From assembly GCF_009914755.1 (NCBI RefSeq), contig NC_060925.1: DNA of 64,000 bases; one strand, 5' to 3'. Within the stretch, counting starts at the first letter, position 1. Each line of letters begins with the position of its first letter. This DNA comes from the human T2T-CHM13v2.0 reference genome, Homo sapiens. This document shows positions 33,148 to 52,056 of this stretch, one piece after another. The translations under genes and the position numbers were made by a program. Below the pieces are notes generated by a model. That model was not told the origin of the DNA. It saw only the letters and a program-made list of their open reading frames with translations, and did no database searches.

Positions 33148-33620
33148 GGCGCCTGCAGGCCGGCGTCCCGAACACTCAACAACGCACGCGCAGCGCCGCT
33201 GCCATCTTGCCCGGGTCGGAAATGGTGGTCACGAGCGCTTCCGGGTCAGCCCCTGCGATACTTCCGGGGCGAAGGTCGTCTCCCGTCAGCCCGCGGGTGC
33301 CCAGTTGTGCTCCTGAACTCGCGGTGGTGGTGCGTGTTGGGGAGCGGATGTGGGGCCGCGGCGGGGACTGAAAGGAGAACGGGGCCGCAGCGCCCGTGGC
33401 TATTCGCGGACGATGGATAAACAGCAGCGCACGCGGACCGTCCCGGAGCACGGCCCCGGCCGCAGCTGTGGCTCCGAGGGCACCGTGAGGGCAGCGGACC
33501 CGGGTCGGGGGCCCCGCGGCCGGGGAGCTCGGGTGCGGCGCGGGCGGGGAGGGGCAGGCCGCCCCCTGGGGCCACGAGGATGTTCAGGAACCGAGGTGGA
33601 GATGGTCGCATCGGTGTGAA
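33148..33620 (-). promoter_or_regulatory. MRPL20 CpG-island promoter/5'UTR
   Basis: CpG-rich; ETS cores CTTCCGG at ~33238 and ACTTCCGG at ~33260; YY1-like GCCATCTTG at 33201. Confidence 0.75.
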
Positions 33621-33664
33621 AGTGCCCGTTGCCTCTGAACCTTGCACTTTGTTTACTTACTCAT

Positions 33665-35625
<1,961 letters not shown>

Positions 35626-35736
35626 GCCTACCTGCAGGATTTTCAGTTTATGGACATGACTGACTGGAGACATGGAGAAGCTGTTGTTATTGGAGATTTT
35701 TATTACTCGCATTTCCTGAGCGATGGGGACACTCAC

Positions 35737-36703
35737 TGTGGGGAAAAGCAAGAGAGATCAGATTGTTACTGTGTCTGTGTAGAAAGAAGTAGACATAGGA
35801 GACTCCATTTTGTTCTGTACTAAGAAAAATTCTTCTGCCTTGGGATCCTGTTGATCTGTGACCTTACCCCCAACCCCGTGCTCTCTGAAACATGTGCTAC
35901 GTCCACTCAGGGTTAAATGGATTAAGGGCGGTGCAAGATGTGCTTTGTTAAACAGATGCTTGAAGGCAGCACGCTCCTTAAGAGTCATCACCACTCCCTA
36001 ATCTCAAGTACCCAGGGACACAGAAACTGCGGAAGGCCGCAGGGTCCTCTGCCTAGGAAAGCCAGGTATTGTCCAAGGTTTCTCCCCATGTGATAGTCTG
36101 AAATATGGCCTCGTGGGAAGGGAAAGACCTGACCGTCCCCCAGCCCGACACCCGTAAAGGGTCTGTGCTGAGGAGGATTAGTATAAGAGGAAGGAATGCC
36201 TCTTGCAGTTGAGACAAGAGGAAGGCATCTGTCTCCTGCCTGTCCCTGGGCAATGGAATGTCTCAGTATAAAACCCGATTGTATGTTCCATCTACTGAGA
36301 TGGGGAAAAACCGCCTTAGGGCTGGAGGTGGGACCCGCGGGCAGCAATACTGCTTTGTAAAGCATTGAGATGTTTATGTGTATGCATATCTAAAGCACAG
36401 CACTTAATCCTTTACATTGTCTATGATGCAAAGACCTTTGTTCACGTGTTTGTCTGCTGACCCTCTCCCCACAATTGTCTTGTGACCGTGACACATCCCC
36501 CTCTTTGAGAAACACCCACAAATGATCAATAAATACTAAGGGAACGCAGAGGCTGGCGGGATCCTCCATGTGCTGAACGCTGGTTCCCCGGGTCCCCTTA
36601 TTTCTTTCTCTATACTTTGTCTCTGTGTCTTTTTCTTTCCTAAGTCTCTCGTTCCACCTTACGAGAAACACCCACAGGTGTGGAGGGGCAACCCACCCCT
36701 ACA
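35737..36703 (+). mobile_element. HERV-K(HML-2) solo LTR, LTR5_Hs-type, 967 bp
   Basis: Starts TGTGGGGAAAAGCAAGAGAGATCAGATTGTTAC and ends GGGGCAACCCACCCCTACA; CTCAC TSD on both sides; AATAAA at 36528. Confidence 0.95.
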
Positions 36704-36862
36704 CTCACACTATGCAGGGCGACATGAGAAGCCCCGGTGTTTTGTCAGGAGGCAGAGAGAGGGGAGAAAGCTAAGGCCAGAGCCTTGGCTGGGGATTCTG
36801 TGGGAAAGGCAGGGAGGGCGGGGTGAGCAGCTCAGAATGGGCCAGCTTGAAAAATGCCATCT

Positions 36863-37703
<841 letters not shown>

Positions 37704-37771
37704 CTACAGAGAGCAACTGAAAAGAGCGCCCCGGCGGTGTGCACACAGAGGGAAGGAAGGGAAGACAGAGG

Positions 37772-38142
37772 TGCCGTCCAGGTCCCAGGTCCCAGGTCCG
37801 TCCAGGTTCCCAGGTCCATCTGTCCCAGGTCCGTCTAGGTCCCGGTCCCAGGTCCGTCGAGGTCCCAGGTCTGTCTAGGTCCCAGGTCCCAGGTCCATCT
37901 AGGTCCCAGGTCCATCTAGGTCCCAGGTCCCAGGTCCATCTAGGTCCCAGGTCCATCTAGGTCCCAGGTCCATCTAGGTCCCAGGTCCCAGGTCCGTCTA
38001 GGTCCCAGGTCCGTCTAGGTCCCAGGTCCCAGGTCCGTCTAGGTCCCAGGTCCCAGGTCCGTCGAGGTCCCAGGTCTGTCCAGGTCCCAGGTCCGTCTGT
38101 CCCAGGTCCGTCCAGGTCCCAGGTCCGTCTGTCCCAGGTCTG
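37772..38142. repeat. Complex minisatellite of 7-bp (CCCAGGT) and ~10-11-bp (CC(G/A)TCTAGGT) modules
   Basis: Directly visible tandem array. Confidence 0.92.
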
Positions 38143-38181
38143 TGCCTCCATCCATCATCAGGTTTAAGTCACATCAGTTGC

Positions 38182-38651
38182 TGTAGCAGGATGAGCCGCA
38201 GACAAAATCTCTCAAGACACCGAGTTGTAGAAGGAAGGGCTTTATTCAGCTGGGAGCATCAGCAAACTACTGCCTTAAAATCTGAGCTCCCCGAGTGCAC
38301 GATTTCTGTCCCTTTTAAGGGCTCACAACACTAAACATTTCACATGAAAGGGTCGTGATTGATTTGAGCAAGCAGGCGGTACGTGACAGGCTGCATGCAC
38401 TGGCAGTCAGAGAGAAACAACACGGCAGGGAGTTTCACAAATGTTCTTCTATACAATGTCTGGAATCTATGAATAACATCTGTTTCTAAGTTATGAGTTG
38501 ATTTTTCACTACTGAGTTTAGGCCAGGCAGGCGCAGGCCTGGTTTCGGGCCTAGCGCCGGGCTGCCTGTCCTTGGTTTTACCTCCTTGTTGTTTTTTCTT
38601 AAAATAGGTACTGAGTATAAAACAATATGAGACGGTCTCTCTCTTCCCTCA
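38182..38651 (-). mobile_element. 3' LTR (LTR2B-like)
   Basis: Roughly 94-95% identical by manual comparison to 44308-44782; preceded by the PPT. Confidence 0.9.
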
Positions 38652-38699
38652 TTCCCCCCTTTGAGACTCTCACTTTTTATTAGTGGGAGTTCTCACTCA

Positions 38700-40709
38700 T
38701 TTTTGCTACTTATGTCTTTTTGTGCAATAGATTGATAGTGATTTATATAGTATGCTTGTGCTGAAGCATTTTGGTGAACTAAGGTAGTGATGAAGTTTTT
38801 TATCATTTGGAGAAATACAGGTATCAGACAAGGGAGCAGTAAGCAGGTTCCTATTACTATTGTTACTCTTGTTATAAGAGTTTTAAATCCTCCTATTGCT
38901 GGGAACTAATTTCTAAACATGGCTCCTGGATTGAGTCCATGCCACACGTGCACGGGTACGTGTGCCAGTTTTGTTATATCTTTAACTATATTCTCAGCTA
39001 CTTGCCCCTGATCATCTATGTGTAGACAACGATTAGTAAGGCTAAATTTTTCACAAACTCCTCCTTCAGCTGCTAGCAAGTAGTCAAGAGCTGGTCTATT
39101 TTGAGAGCTAGCATTTCTCATCAAAGTCTCTTGCCGGGCAAGAACAGTCAAGGCTTGACCAGGTTTATAGTAATAATTTCTAAAACAGCTTGTAACCGTA
39201 TGATTCGGTTGAGCACGTAGATGGGGGTTCGATATCCCCATGAGCCATCTTCTGCCCAAGTGGCGGGTCCGTAGTATTGTATGATTTTTTCAGGGGGCCA
39301 TTCATCATCTTTCCAATCACTTATGGCTATGCTTCGTTTTTCGCGGGAAGCATAGACTGGGAAGCCCAGACGTTCACCTGTTTTTATGGGCAGTAAGAAG
39401 AAAGATGGCTTCATGGTGCCAATTACACAGCTACCTGTCCATTGATCAGGCAGCTTAGCATAAGCTCTGGGTCCACATATCCAGTATAACCCGGTGGGGG
39501 CCGTCCAGTCCCGGTGGAGTTCTGGGTAGGCCCAAACAGTCTGCAACTTTGGAAATTTACTGAATGGATTTCTTTCTGTGTAATTGGAACTCCACCATGT
39601 AACTGTTTTTGTGGTACCGTTATACAGCTTTTGCCCAAGACAACCAAGCCGCCCTACAGGATGAGTGAATCCTTTTCCTTCTCAAGCTATGCAATACTGT
39701 CCAATAATTGAGACTTTTAGAACTCAAAAATTGTCAGGGTGGTTCTTTTGGGCTGGGAATTCATCAGGAACTGGGTCTGTAGGAACTAATTCTCGGGCTT
39801 CCCATGGCCGCTGATCTCCTGTTACGGTTCCTCCGCAAACACAGCTAGAGGTGACTTGTAGAGACTGGGCTCCATGTTCGGCTAATTGCAAAAACAAAGT
39901 TTTAGTTTTTGCTGGAATCTCAGGTACTGACACATTTAGTTCATCATAGAAAGTCTGCAATATGGTTGTGGAGAGCGTTATTGAACCTCTCCTTCTATTA
40001 GGATGCTTACGCTAGGATCTAAGCCTTTTCTGTCAATGCCTAATGTTAACACTTTTTTTTATTCCACTTTGGGTCTGAAGGGTTTGTGATTATCAATTCT
40101 AAAAGGTTGTAGCTCCCACTCGTGCAGGAGGGGCTGACTTTTCCTTTTTGGAGCCAAACAGGATCTTTTTTATCTTCTTTCCAAGTAGCCCAAATGACAC
40201 AAGACCAGTATTGACACATCTCACATAAATGTGATTCTTGACAGATATACTTATTTTTTTTTTACTGTGTAACTTTTTTTCCAATTTAGAGAACTGCATC
40301 CTATTCCATGCTGCTAACTATTAATAGCGGCACCAGCCTCAAATTTTAAGGTTACATTTTTGGGGACCCCTCTTTCTTCTGTTCTAGCTATTAACTTACT
40401 TGTGTCACCTAGAAAAGGACCAGTCCTGTGATCATGGGAGGCTTAAAATGGGTCATAACACGCATCAGTTTGGTTATTTCCTGGGCTGCATACCTTGGAT
40501 AGAATAGCATCATACAAACAAGTTTCTTTTAGAATCCTGGTACACTTACAATAACCATAAAATAATAGGACTGTAGCAATCTTTTGTCTTACCTCAGTGA
40601 CTTGATGTATATACTGGAAACAGTTCTCAGTCTGAGGAAGGTCAGTTGAAGTCCTTACTGTACAAGTCCAAATTTTAAGGAAAATGAGTCCCGCGATGAG
40701 TTTCCTCAT
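38700..40709 (-). pseudogene. Fragmented ERV3/HERV-E-like env
   Basis: Signal peptide MRKLIAGLIFLKIW; furin site REKR; [22 protein letters not shown]; immunosuppressive domain [17 protein letters not shown]. Split over several frames by frameshifts and stops. Confidence 0.88.
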
Positions 40710-40838
40710 GCTTCGGCTGTACGTGGACCAGTCAGCTTCCGGGTGTGACTGGAGCAGGGCTTGTCGTCTTCTTCAGAGTCACTTTGCAGGGGTTGGCGAA
40801 GCTGCTCCCGTCCACGTACAGCTCGAGTCTACTGATGT

Positions 40839-41341
40839 TTAAAGATGGTCTCGGTGGTTGGGCCCCCTAGAATAAACTGAGTCCAACACTTCTACACAGT
40901 TAAGTTTCACTGAGCTCTCTGATACTGGGAGCAAGGTGGCAGGGTTTAGGGTTTTGCAAACTTCAGTGGTTATGTGGGGATTTTCACAGAGCAAGCTTTG
41001 GTATCTAGTTAGTCTAGAATTCATTAGCTAATGATGTCCTTTGGTATTTATTAAAGTCACCACAGCATGGGGGGACTTTAGGTTTTGCCTAAGAGTTAGC
41101 TTATCTGCTTCTTGTGCTAACAGGGCCGTTGCTGCCAGGGCCCTTGGACAGGGGGGCAGCCTTTGGAAACCCCGTCTAGTTGTTTTGAGAGATAGGCCAC
41201 TGGCCTTGGCCAGGGCTCTACGGTCTGGGTTAAAACTCCAACTGCTATTTTTTCTCTTTCTGACACATAGAGTGTAAAGAGTTTTGTCAGGTCAGGTAGC
41301 CTCGGGGCTGGGGCTGACATGAGTTTTTCTTTTTGACTCAT
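40839..41341 (-). pseudogene. Retroviral pol fragment (RT connection/tether)
   Basis: APAPRLPDLTKLFTLYVSER..GVLTQ..PWPRPVAYLSKQLD and RLTRYQSLLCENP..TLNPATLLP. Confidence 0.85.
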
Positions 41342-42675
41342 GAAAAGCTCGTTGCTGTTGGTTGGAATGGATGTAGTTTATCTAATCTACATTTTTATTG
41401 ACTGTCATCTACCAAAATATTGACTTAAATCCTGTAACTATTTGATTTCAAGCTTTAAATTGATCTGGTGTCCCTTGTGGGGCTCCAATTGCGTCTAAAT
41501 AGATGTGAGAGTTGAAAGACCCATAAGGGGCTTCTCTCGCTTTACGATGTCTTTTTTTTTTTTTCTCCTCTGGTTGATGAAATGCCAGGGTGAAAGGGAT
41601 AGCCAAACGGACTAAAGCACAAGTGCCACTCTAGTTATTCGGCAGAGTGCCCAGTACAGGTCCACCACAATACCACCACACATCCGCTCACATCCGCTCA
41701 GGGATGAACAAGGGCTGACTGATTGATAAGCTCTCGAAAATTCTTAAGCTCACTGCATCCCTTCCAGTCTCCAAGGACTGCTAAGTCTCCTCCCTGCCGT
41801 GAGAGACACGAAGGGAACTTAGTTTTGGGAGACGGAAGCTGGATGGCCCTCGGGGGCTGACCCGCAGGGACTGCAGAATGTAGCGGGGAGAGCTTGGCAT
41901 GACTTGCTGCTCCAGGCTGTAGAATCCTGGAAAAGAGCTACCGTGCAGCCCACGCCTGGTCGACTGAAGGACCACCTTAGTGGAAGGGGGACAATCAGAG
42001 CCTTTGGCCTGCCATGTGCACGAGCATCACAATTGCTTTTGTTTAACATCAGATGGAATATCTGATCCATTTCAACCAGGCATTTTGCATCTTGGTATGC
42101 TGTCTTAATTGCCAAAGTTTGTTTTAAGTCTTAAACTTCCATGATCCTCTAGTAAAATGAATGTTTCCTTTAGCACCTATTTTTATTAGTTTTTAGACCA
42201 AAGAAAGCTAAACACCATTTTATATTTAATAATGCTTCTTGTATGATTTTTATACCAGATAAGCTAAATTTTACCTTTATATTAGTGTGTTATTAATGTT
42301 AAACTTAATTTTAATAAAACCTTGTAGACATATTTATCCAATTTTTCATGTTTGACCATAAGGTAAGATTTTATAGACTCTTTTTAACCTTTTATAACTT
42401 TTGTTAAAGAGCAGGTTGATGCTTTAAGAAAAACCTGTTGCATTTTTACTTTAATGTCCAGTTCACAGAAAAACTGGACGATACCTTTTTAACTTTAGTT
42501 AACATGTTTACACACAGAATTTTCTTTACAATTTACATTTTAAAACTTGCTTAAACTCTTAAAAACAATAATTTTTTTAACCTTTTAATGTAGGTAAAAA
42601 TCCATATTTTTATGCCCCTTTATAATTTTTTTTACCAAAGGTATATTTTACTTTTCTTGTACACCTTGCACATAA

Positions 42676-43017
<342 letters not shown>

Positions 43018-44307
43018 TTATTACTTTTAAATTATACAACATTTTTTGCATAAATTTTTTATAACATTTTGTTTTACAACTTTCGCCGACAATTCTTCAA
43101 CATATCTCAACTTTCTGCCTTATTACAAACTTTTAAACAACCAGTTAATATATTTCAGGACAAGAATTTACCGTATAACATGCTTTTCACATAAATTCAG
43201 CCTCCCCTTTTTTTTTCTTTTTTAAAGCGAACTTTTTTTATGTCTTTGGACTAGACTGTCTGAGGCCACAAGATTAAAAGTTACCATTAACATGTTACAC
43301 TGTTAACTTTTAGCAAACTTCGCTTTTGTTGAAAACCTTGGAAGTTTGGGATTTCAATTATCCTTTGCTATTAATAAGACCTTGTTTAGTCTAAATTAAC
43401 TTAGAATTGGTATAGATGGCCTCTTTTTCTCTCTGCTGGTCTTTCCTTGCCTCTGCCAGCCGCTTATGCTGCTGTTCTCTTAACTACCGTAGGGGGGAGG
43501 GGGTCTAAAACCTGCTCTAACTGTCCATGTACGGAAACTGGCCTGGGTGCCTTGGCTTACACGTTACCTTGTGTCATACCTTTGAAACAAGGGACCTGTC
43601 CAGGCTTCCTTCTGATGGCCAACCCACCTCTAATGCTGACAAGTCTATTTCACACAAAGTTGTAAGTTTTCCTGGTGTCAGAGTAACACCGTAATCTCCC
43701 TTAAATTCTTTCTTGAAAAATTTTTTTTAACATAGTTCCTAGTGGGGTGGGCTTATCTGTGCCTGACCCACGCTTCTTCAAGACAAAACACCACGCTCAC
43801 ACCACAAAACAAAAAACAGGTAAAAAGGGCACACACACACTTTTGCAGTTTACACCAAACCAAAATCAAAACCAAAATCAGAGTATCCAGAAATCCAAGC
43901 CAGGTCAAAACCAAAACCAAAGTATCACATGATCTCAGTCAAGTCAAAACCAGAACAAAGGTGCTAATGCAGGCACGCCGTGGGCGATCAGGCCACGCGT
44001 CTACTCAGGTGGAGTGGGGCAAGTTCCAAAGACTAGTCTTACCAGGTTTCAGATGTCCGGACTCCAAGTGCCAGTTCCTTCCCGGTGTTCAGCCACTGTG
44101 TTAATCCACCATGGGGGCCCGTTATGGGCTGCTCTGGCGAGGTGTTCCACCGAGGCAATTTCCTACCCGGGAGCGCTCTTTAGCTCACGTCACTCAGGCT
44201 GGCCGGAGTCCCCCGCAGGGATGCTCCACGGGGCAGGCCTAAGCCGCCTAAGGGGCTGCCTCGGTCGTCTGTCAGTTACCTCGTTTCCCAGTCAGGGAAC
44301 CAAGAAA

Positions 44308-44782
44308 TGTAGCAGGACGAGCCGCAGACAAAACCTCTCAGACACCCAGTTGTAGAAGGAAGGGCTTTATTCAGCTGGGAGCATCGGCAAGCTACTGCCT
44401 TAAAATCCGAGCTCCCCAAGTGCACAATTTCTGTCCCTTTTAAGGGCTCACAACACCGAAGATTTCACATGAAAGGGTCGTCATTGATTTGAGCAAGCAG
44501 GCGGTACGTGACAGGGGCTGCATGCACCGGCGGTCAGAGAGAAACAGAACACGGCAGGGAGTTTCACAAATGTTCTTCTATACAATGTCTGGAATCTATG
44601 AATAACATCGGTTTCTAAGTTATGAATTGATTTTCAACTACTGGGTTTAGGCCAGGCAGGCGCAGGCCTGGTTTCGGGCCTAGCGCCAGGCTGCCTGCCT
44701 GTCTTTGGTTTTACTTCCTTGTTGTTTTTTCTTAAAACAGGTACTGAGTATAAAACACTATGAGAGGGTCTCTCTTCCCTCA
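44308..44782 (-). mobile_element. 5' LTR (LTR2B-like)
   Basis: Followed on the minus strand by the tRNA-Glu PBS; AATAAA (plus-strand tttatt) at 44366-44371. Confidence 0.9.
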
Positions 44783-45029
44783 TTGCCACAACTCATTCTT
44801 TGTTGAAGTATGGAGAAGGCTGGAGCTGCAGGGTCAGTGGGCCCTCCTGGGAGCTGGGGGCCATCCCTGGTCCAGCCAAGGCCTGTGACTGCAGCTCAAG
44901 CCACATCCCCTACTTTCTCCCATCCCCTCCTCCGGAAGCCTCTTCCCTGATGTCCCCTCCAGGCAGGCAGCCTCAGCCAGAGAGCCTGGAAATCACTGGG
45001 GCGGTGGAGCCTGGAGCCTGCTGTCTGGC

Positions 45030-47025
<1,996 letters not shown>

Positions 47026-48700
47026 TTACCACTTAGCCTTCAGAGGGGCTTGGCTCTGTTACCCAAGGGAGCTGGCTCAGGAGCTTTCTGCTCTGGCTGA
47101 GGGTCCTCTGTAGACGGGTTCTGGCCGAGGCTCAGCCTGGTGACCCTCTTCACAAAATCCCTTCTGCAGGCTTTGGGGTGGAGTGTCTGCTGCTGAAAAG
47201 CTGAATGGTGGCAGCTTCAGCCTTGCAGGGGGTGGGAGAACACAGCTGGTCCCCTGGGCCAGGCTGAGGCCACCTGACGCTGTTTACTCAGCCACTTAGG
47301 AAGGCCCTGCCTTCGGGCACAGCCCCCTGTCCAACATACTCCCTCCCCTGCTGGCTGCCAGGGCCCCAGTTCGGCTGCCCTCCTGGGGAACAAAGGCCAG
47401 GCGGTTGGGGAGGACAAGCAGGAACATGCTTGTGGACGAAAGTTGCTCAGACGCCACCTCCCCCAGGAAGCGCAGCCTTGGATGTACCCCGATGTGCCCC
47501 TGGAAGGCCTCACAGGGCTCTCCATGGGGCCCACCCTCGGGCAGCCCCCTCACCCACTCCTGTCCCAGCTGGCTAAGCCCACCCAGGGGTGGGTGCCGGC
47601 CCCTCCTCCCGATTCCAGGCTGGGGAGGAGGGCAGGGTGAGGTTCTGGCCTTCCTTTCTGTAAATGCTGGACAGGACAAAAGATTCACCAAGGACTCCAG
47701 GCAGGTGGCCTGGAAAAGAGGGTGGCGCTGGCATGGGAGGGACGAAAACCCTTTGGGGACTGGCTGGGGCAAGTCTGGAGCCAGGGAAGGGACAGATGCC
47801 TGGGCAGGTGGGGGCGGGGGTCGGGGGGCAGGCGGGAGAGTGGGGAGAATCCCTGCTAGGGTGCGTCTGCATCTGGAAAAGCAGCTCTGCCCCAGCAAGG
47901 CCTGGGGCAGCGGGATCCTGGGGGCCTGGGGCAGGATGGGTGGGGCTGGTGCTGAGGGCATCTTCCTGTCTCCCAGTACCTGGGGCCAGGCAGGAGAAGG
48001 GAGCATGGCTCTTTGGGGTGGCTGCAGCAGCCTGGCCCCTCCAGCGGCTGCACGGGAAAGGTAATGAGGGCTACCCATTCCCACCCCAGCCCCCTTCAGC
48101 CTCCCAGGTCCCCAAGGACAGGGTCTCCTGAGGGCCCTGGTCTGGCCTCCCCCACTCCCTAGAGGACTGCCTCTCCAAGGGCCCAAGGGACCAGGGGCCC
48201 CATCCCACCACCCCCCAAGCCACACAGACCCTGCCCTACAAACCTCATCAGGCTACTCATCCGTCACCTTCCCAGATCCTGACCACAGGTGGATCTGAGG
48301 CAACGTGCGACTCTAACCCTGTTTTAGTTTGTTCTTAGCATTTATCACTACAGGAAAGTATCTATGTGTTTATTTAAATGTCTGCCTTCCTCTTCTAGAA
48401 GGAAAGCTCCGTAAGGCTGACCGGGAAAGAAGCGAGGAGCTCTGGGGGCTGGGTGGAAAGTCCCGTACTCATCAGGGCCAGGGAGGCCACAGAAACTACC
48501 TCACGCCAGCTTCCCAGGGGTACAGCGGCTAGAATGGACCTCGAGGAGGCCCCTCCCAAGACTCCCGTCTCCCGGGTTCCACCGCAGTGGGGGCAGCCAC
48601 AGCTGCCTCTGCAATGCTTGTAGGACCCACACACAGTGGGGCACGGAGGGGCAGAGGCCGCAGCCCCTTTGCCATGAATCCAAAGAACCTGGAGTGATTC

Positions 48701-49304
48701 TGCAGAGACGTTCGAACCAGAGCGACTCCATCTTGAACAGGGGCTGGGTAAAATGAGGCCGAGACCGGCTGGGCCGCATTCCCTGGAGGTCAGGCATTCT
48801 TAGTCACAGGATGAGATCAGCACAAGATACAGATCACAAAGACCCCGCTGATAAAACAGGATGCCGTGAAGAAGCCGGCCCCAAACCACCAAAACCAAGA
48901 CAGCCAGTCCTCACTGCTCATTATGTGCTGATTATAATACATTAGCATGAGACACGCCCACCAGCACCAGGACCATTTACAGTTGCCATGGCAATGCCGG
49001 GAAGTTACCCTAGATGGTCTAAAAGGGGGAAGAACCCTCACTTCCGGGAATTGCCTGCCCCTTTCCCGGAAAAGTCCGGAATAATCCACACCATGTTTAG
49101 TACATATCAAGAAACAACAATAAGTGTTCTCGTCGGAGTAGCCCAGGCCGCTGCTCAGCCTATGGGGCAGCCCTTCTCTTATTCCTTTACTTTCCTATTA
49201 AACTTGCTTTCAGTTTACTCCGTGGACTCCCCCGAATTCTTCCTTGTGTGGGGTCCAAGAACCCTCTCTCGGGGTCTGGATCGGGACCTCCTTTTCCGAT
49301 GACA
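48701..49304 (+). mobile_element. MER41B-type ERV1 solo LTR
   Basis: Starts TG..GAACCAGAGCGACTCCATCTTGAA, contains GCCATGGCAA..GGAAGTTACCCTA, ends GGGGTCTGGATCGGGACC..GACA. GAS motifs at 49042-50 and 49063-71. Confidence 0.88.
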
Positions 49305-49419
49305 GTCCCTGGGACTTAGTAGCAGTTCAGCAGTGTTTGTTGAATGAATAAGCGAGAGACCTGGTTGGGGGGCACTTAGAAAGCAGAGGTTTTGCAACTT
49401 TTTAAAACTTTTTATTTGT

Positions 49420-51567
<2,148 letters not shown>

Positions 51568-52056
51568 TCATCCACTCTGAGACGCAGGCGGAGGACACCG
51601 ACAAGGTGTTCAGATGAGGGAGCAGCGGGGCTGGGGCTGGGACAGGGGGTGGGGGGCTGGCCTCCAGGTGGCAGCTACTGATGGGGCAGCTACCGGAGTC
51701 AAGCCCTTTGAAATGAGGTCTTTGTGTGGGGGAGCTGCAGCCCCGCCCGGCACAGGGAGGGAGGCGGCCCCGGTGGGAAGGGCCCTGCAAGGCCTGCCCA
51801 GAGCACCAGGAGCTGGCTGGGGCTGGAGACTGGCGCTGCTGGAGCTGCAGCTGCCTGGCAGAGGGGAAACTGAGGTGGGGGTGTGGCTCTGGGACAGACA
51901 TCAGGGCAGGACCTCCCTAGCCAGGGTCCACGGTCTGGCTGGGGGATGTGGACTGGCTGCAACGTGGGGCGGGGTTAAAGGTCTTCCAGGGCAGCCCTGG
52001 AGAGCACCACTCTGCATTGAGCACCGCCCGGGCCACAGGCCTGCAGTGGCAGGAGC

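Noticed and set aside
38906-40709. Intact env / syncytin-like gene
   Set aside because: Split across at least five short frames by stops and frameshifts, and the CX6CC-type motif is mutated
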